Source: Felis catus (Eukaryota). Taken from it: a DNA stretch of 64,000 nucleotides. Made by a program: the position numbers and the translations under genes. The notes under the pieces were generated by a model. It saw only the letters and a program-made list of their open reading frames with translations, did not search any database and was not told the origin of the DNA. Positions 62,317 through 64,000 of this stretch are shown here, in pieces. Within the stretch, counting starts at the first letter, position 1; every line of letters starts with the position of its first letter. The DNA lies in the NCBI RefSeq assembly GCF_018350175.1, contig NC_058380.1, positions 91,388,001-91,452,000 of the forward strand, given 5' to 3'.

Positions 62317-63409
62317 AGTGTTTTTTTCCCTTTAATGTTATTTTTAGATCCCATGTGTTGTTGTATCCTGTTGTGTTCTGTAGTTCAGGACTGAGTGATC
62401 CTGTTGCTGTAGAGGTGATGTGCATGAGAAGGCTTCGTTTCCTTTGGAAAGGTGATTTGATGAGAGCCGAGGAAGGAAACACTTGACTTCTGAAAGCTGA
62501 AATCCAGTTTATTTTCTCGGCTCAACAGAATGGAGAGGTGTAAGTCAGTCAGTGCAGACCACCACGGGACCCAGAAGCTGAGAAGGGCACCCAGGTTGAA
62601 ACCTGCCCCCGGTCTATGCAGAGCCCCAGGTGTCCTTGGAGCCCTGTCCCTGAAAGGTGAGTGATGTAGCAGGCAGTAGTGCCATTACTGGGAGAGAGGA
62701 GGGGAAGGCTAGCAGCATCTCTGTGTCCGTGCCCCCGTTTCCCCTTCTCCCCTTGGCTCCACTGGGCCTGAAAGAGTGTGGTGGGTGCTGTGCAGCCCTC
62801 AACTGGGAGTGAGCTTCTTCATGGCATGTGGGCAAAGAAGCTGTGCTCTTGGGGTCACTGGCACCCCTTCCAGCCTTGGGATGGGGGAAGTTCAGCAGAT
62901 GTTAAGAGGAGTAGTGTGGGGAGGCAACAGGGTGAAATGCACAGTGTGGCTTTTGTGGCTCCTTCTGCGTTAGAGAGCTGTGTGCGGGGAGCTTTGTGCT
63001 TCCTCACAGCTTTGCACTCCTGTCCCTGCTTGGCGGGCCCTGGATGGCAAAGTGCAGAGTAGCACTTCTCCCAATTGTCTGAGTAATAGGGTGAGTTGTG
63101 GGGGCTGGCAAGAGCTAGGGGTTCCCGAGAAACCAATTCCTCAGCACTGGGTGGATCTCCGGCATTGGCATCCCCACTAAGTCCGCGGAAGACCGAGGAC
63201 CACAGGTGGGCAGTCCCTGAATGGAGTCAGGAGGCTGGTGCACAGCCCGTGTACCACTCACGGGAGCGAGAACAGCTTTCCAGTCCTGGACAGGCCCTTC
63301 TCCCACTGCACTCTGAGCGCGAGGAACAGGTGGACTGGGTGCTGGCACGATGAGGAAGGGCCGAGCCCAGCCAAGGTCACCCACCGCTCTGGGCCCAGGG
63401 GTCCGGCTG

Positions 63410-63795
63410 GGACTGCCCGCCAGGACCCGCCCCCTCCGGGCTCCGCCCCCCCGGTCGCTGCAGACCAATGGCGCAGAGGCGGAAGTGGGGCCGCCAATGA
63501 GCGGCGTGAGGGGTCGGGGGCGTGCCCAAGAGGCCCTTTCCCCAATGGGGACTGGCTCCGGAGACCGGCGCTATCCAACTAAGTCCCCGGGAAAGAGAGG
63601 TCAGGGCGAGCGGTCTCCAATCAGCGCGGCCGGCCGTTCTCCCCTGTCGTAGGTGGGGCCGCCGGGCGCGGGGCGGGTCCGAGCCGGCCCCCCGCCGTAG
63701 ACGGCGGGCGGGGGGCGTGGCCGCGGCGAGAAGGCCGGCGCCGGGCGGCGGCCGCAGTTCCCGGCGCGCGCTGGCTCCGGCGCCCGCTCCGCAGC
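63410..63795 (+). promoter_or_regulatory. TPRN CpG-island promoter with clustered CCAAT and GC boxes
   Basis: CCAAT at 63465, 63494, 63542 and 63617. GC boxes and GCGGAAGT. Confidence 0.75.
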
Positions 63796-64000
63796 ATGGC
63801 CGGCCTGGGGCGGCCGGGCCCGGGGCCCCGCGCCGCAATGCCCGCCTGGAAACGGGAGATCTTGGAGCGTAAGCGGGCCAAGCTGGCTGCCCTAGGCGGG
63901 GGCGCGGGGGCCGGGGCCGAGGCGGGCGCGGCGGAGCCCTCGGGGCCGGCGGCGGAGCGGCTCGTGCTGGCCGAGAGCCTGGGCCCGCTGCGCGAGAACC
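63796..64000 (+). CDS. TPRN: Taperin, 5' part of exon 1 (runs off the window)
   Basis: MAGLGRPGPGPRAAMPAWKREILERKRAKLAALGGG...ERLVLAESLGPLREN, the taperin/phostensin-type N-terminus. Syntenic after TMEM203. Confidence 0.92.
   Translation, partial: MAGLGRPGPGPRAAMPAWKREILERKRAKLAALGGGAGAGAEAGAAEPSGPAAERLVLAESLGPLREN

Overview
GC-rich, gene-dense mammalian genomic DNA. Abundant tRNA-derived Can-SINEs of the cat type indicate a carnivore, probably a felid. Gene order matches the block syntenic to human 9q34.3: TOR4A(-), NELFB(-), STPG3(-), CIMIP2A/FAM166A(+), TUBB4B(-), SLC34A3(-), RNF224(-), CYSRT1(-), RNF208(+), an unnamed RING-finger/transmembrane ORF(-), NDOR1(-), TMEM203(+) and the 5' end of TPRN(+). 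I rebuilt exon chains by hand from GT-AG junctions, and all multi-exon genes close in frame (NELFB 580 aa, STPG3 307 aa, CIMIP2A 321 aa, TUBB4B 445 aa, SLC34A3 602 aa, NDOR1 597 aa). The main finding is a C3HC4 RING plus C-terminal hydrophobic ORF just downstream of NDOR1 that has no in-frame AUG before its RING. It shares ligand spacing with RNF208 and RNF224, suggesting a three-member local RING cluster. Other findings include a CUG-initiated NELFB extension, overlapping 3' ends of CIMIP2A and TUBB4B, X-box-like motifs at three ciliary genes, and uORFs or alternative acceptors at RNF208 and RNF224. Five N gaps are present. Gene names come from recalled protein sequences, not from a database search.
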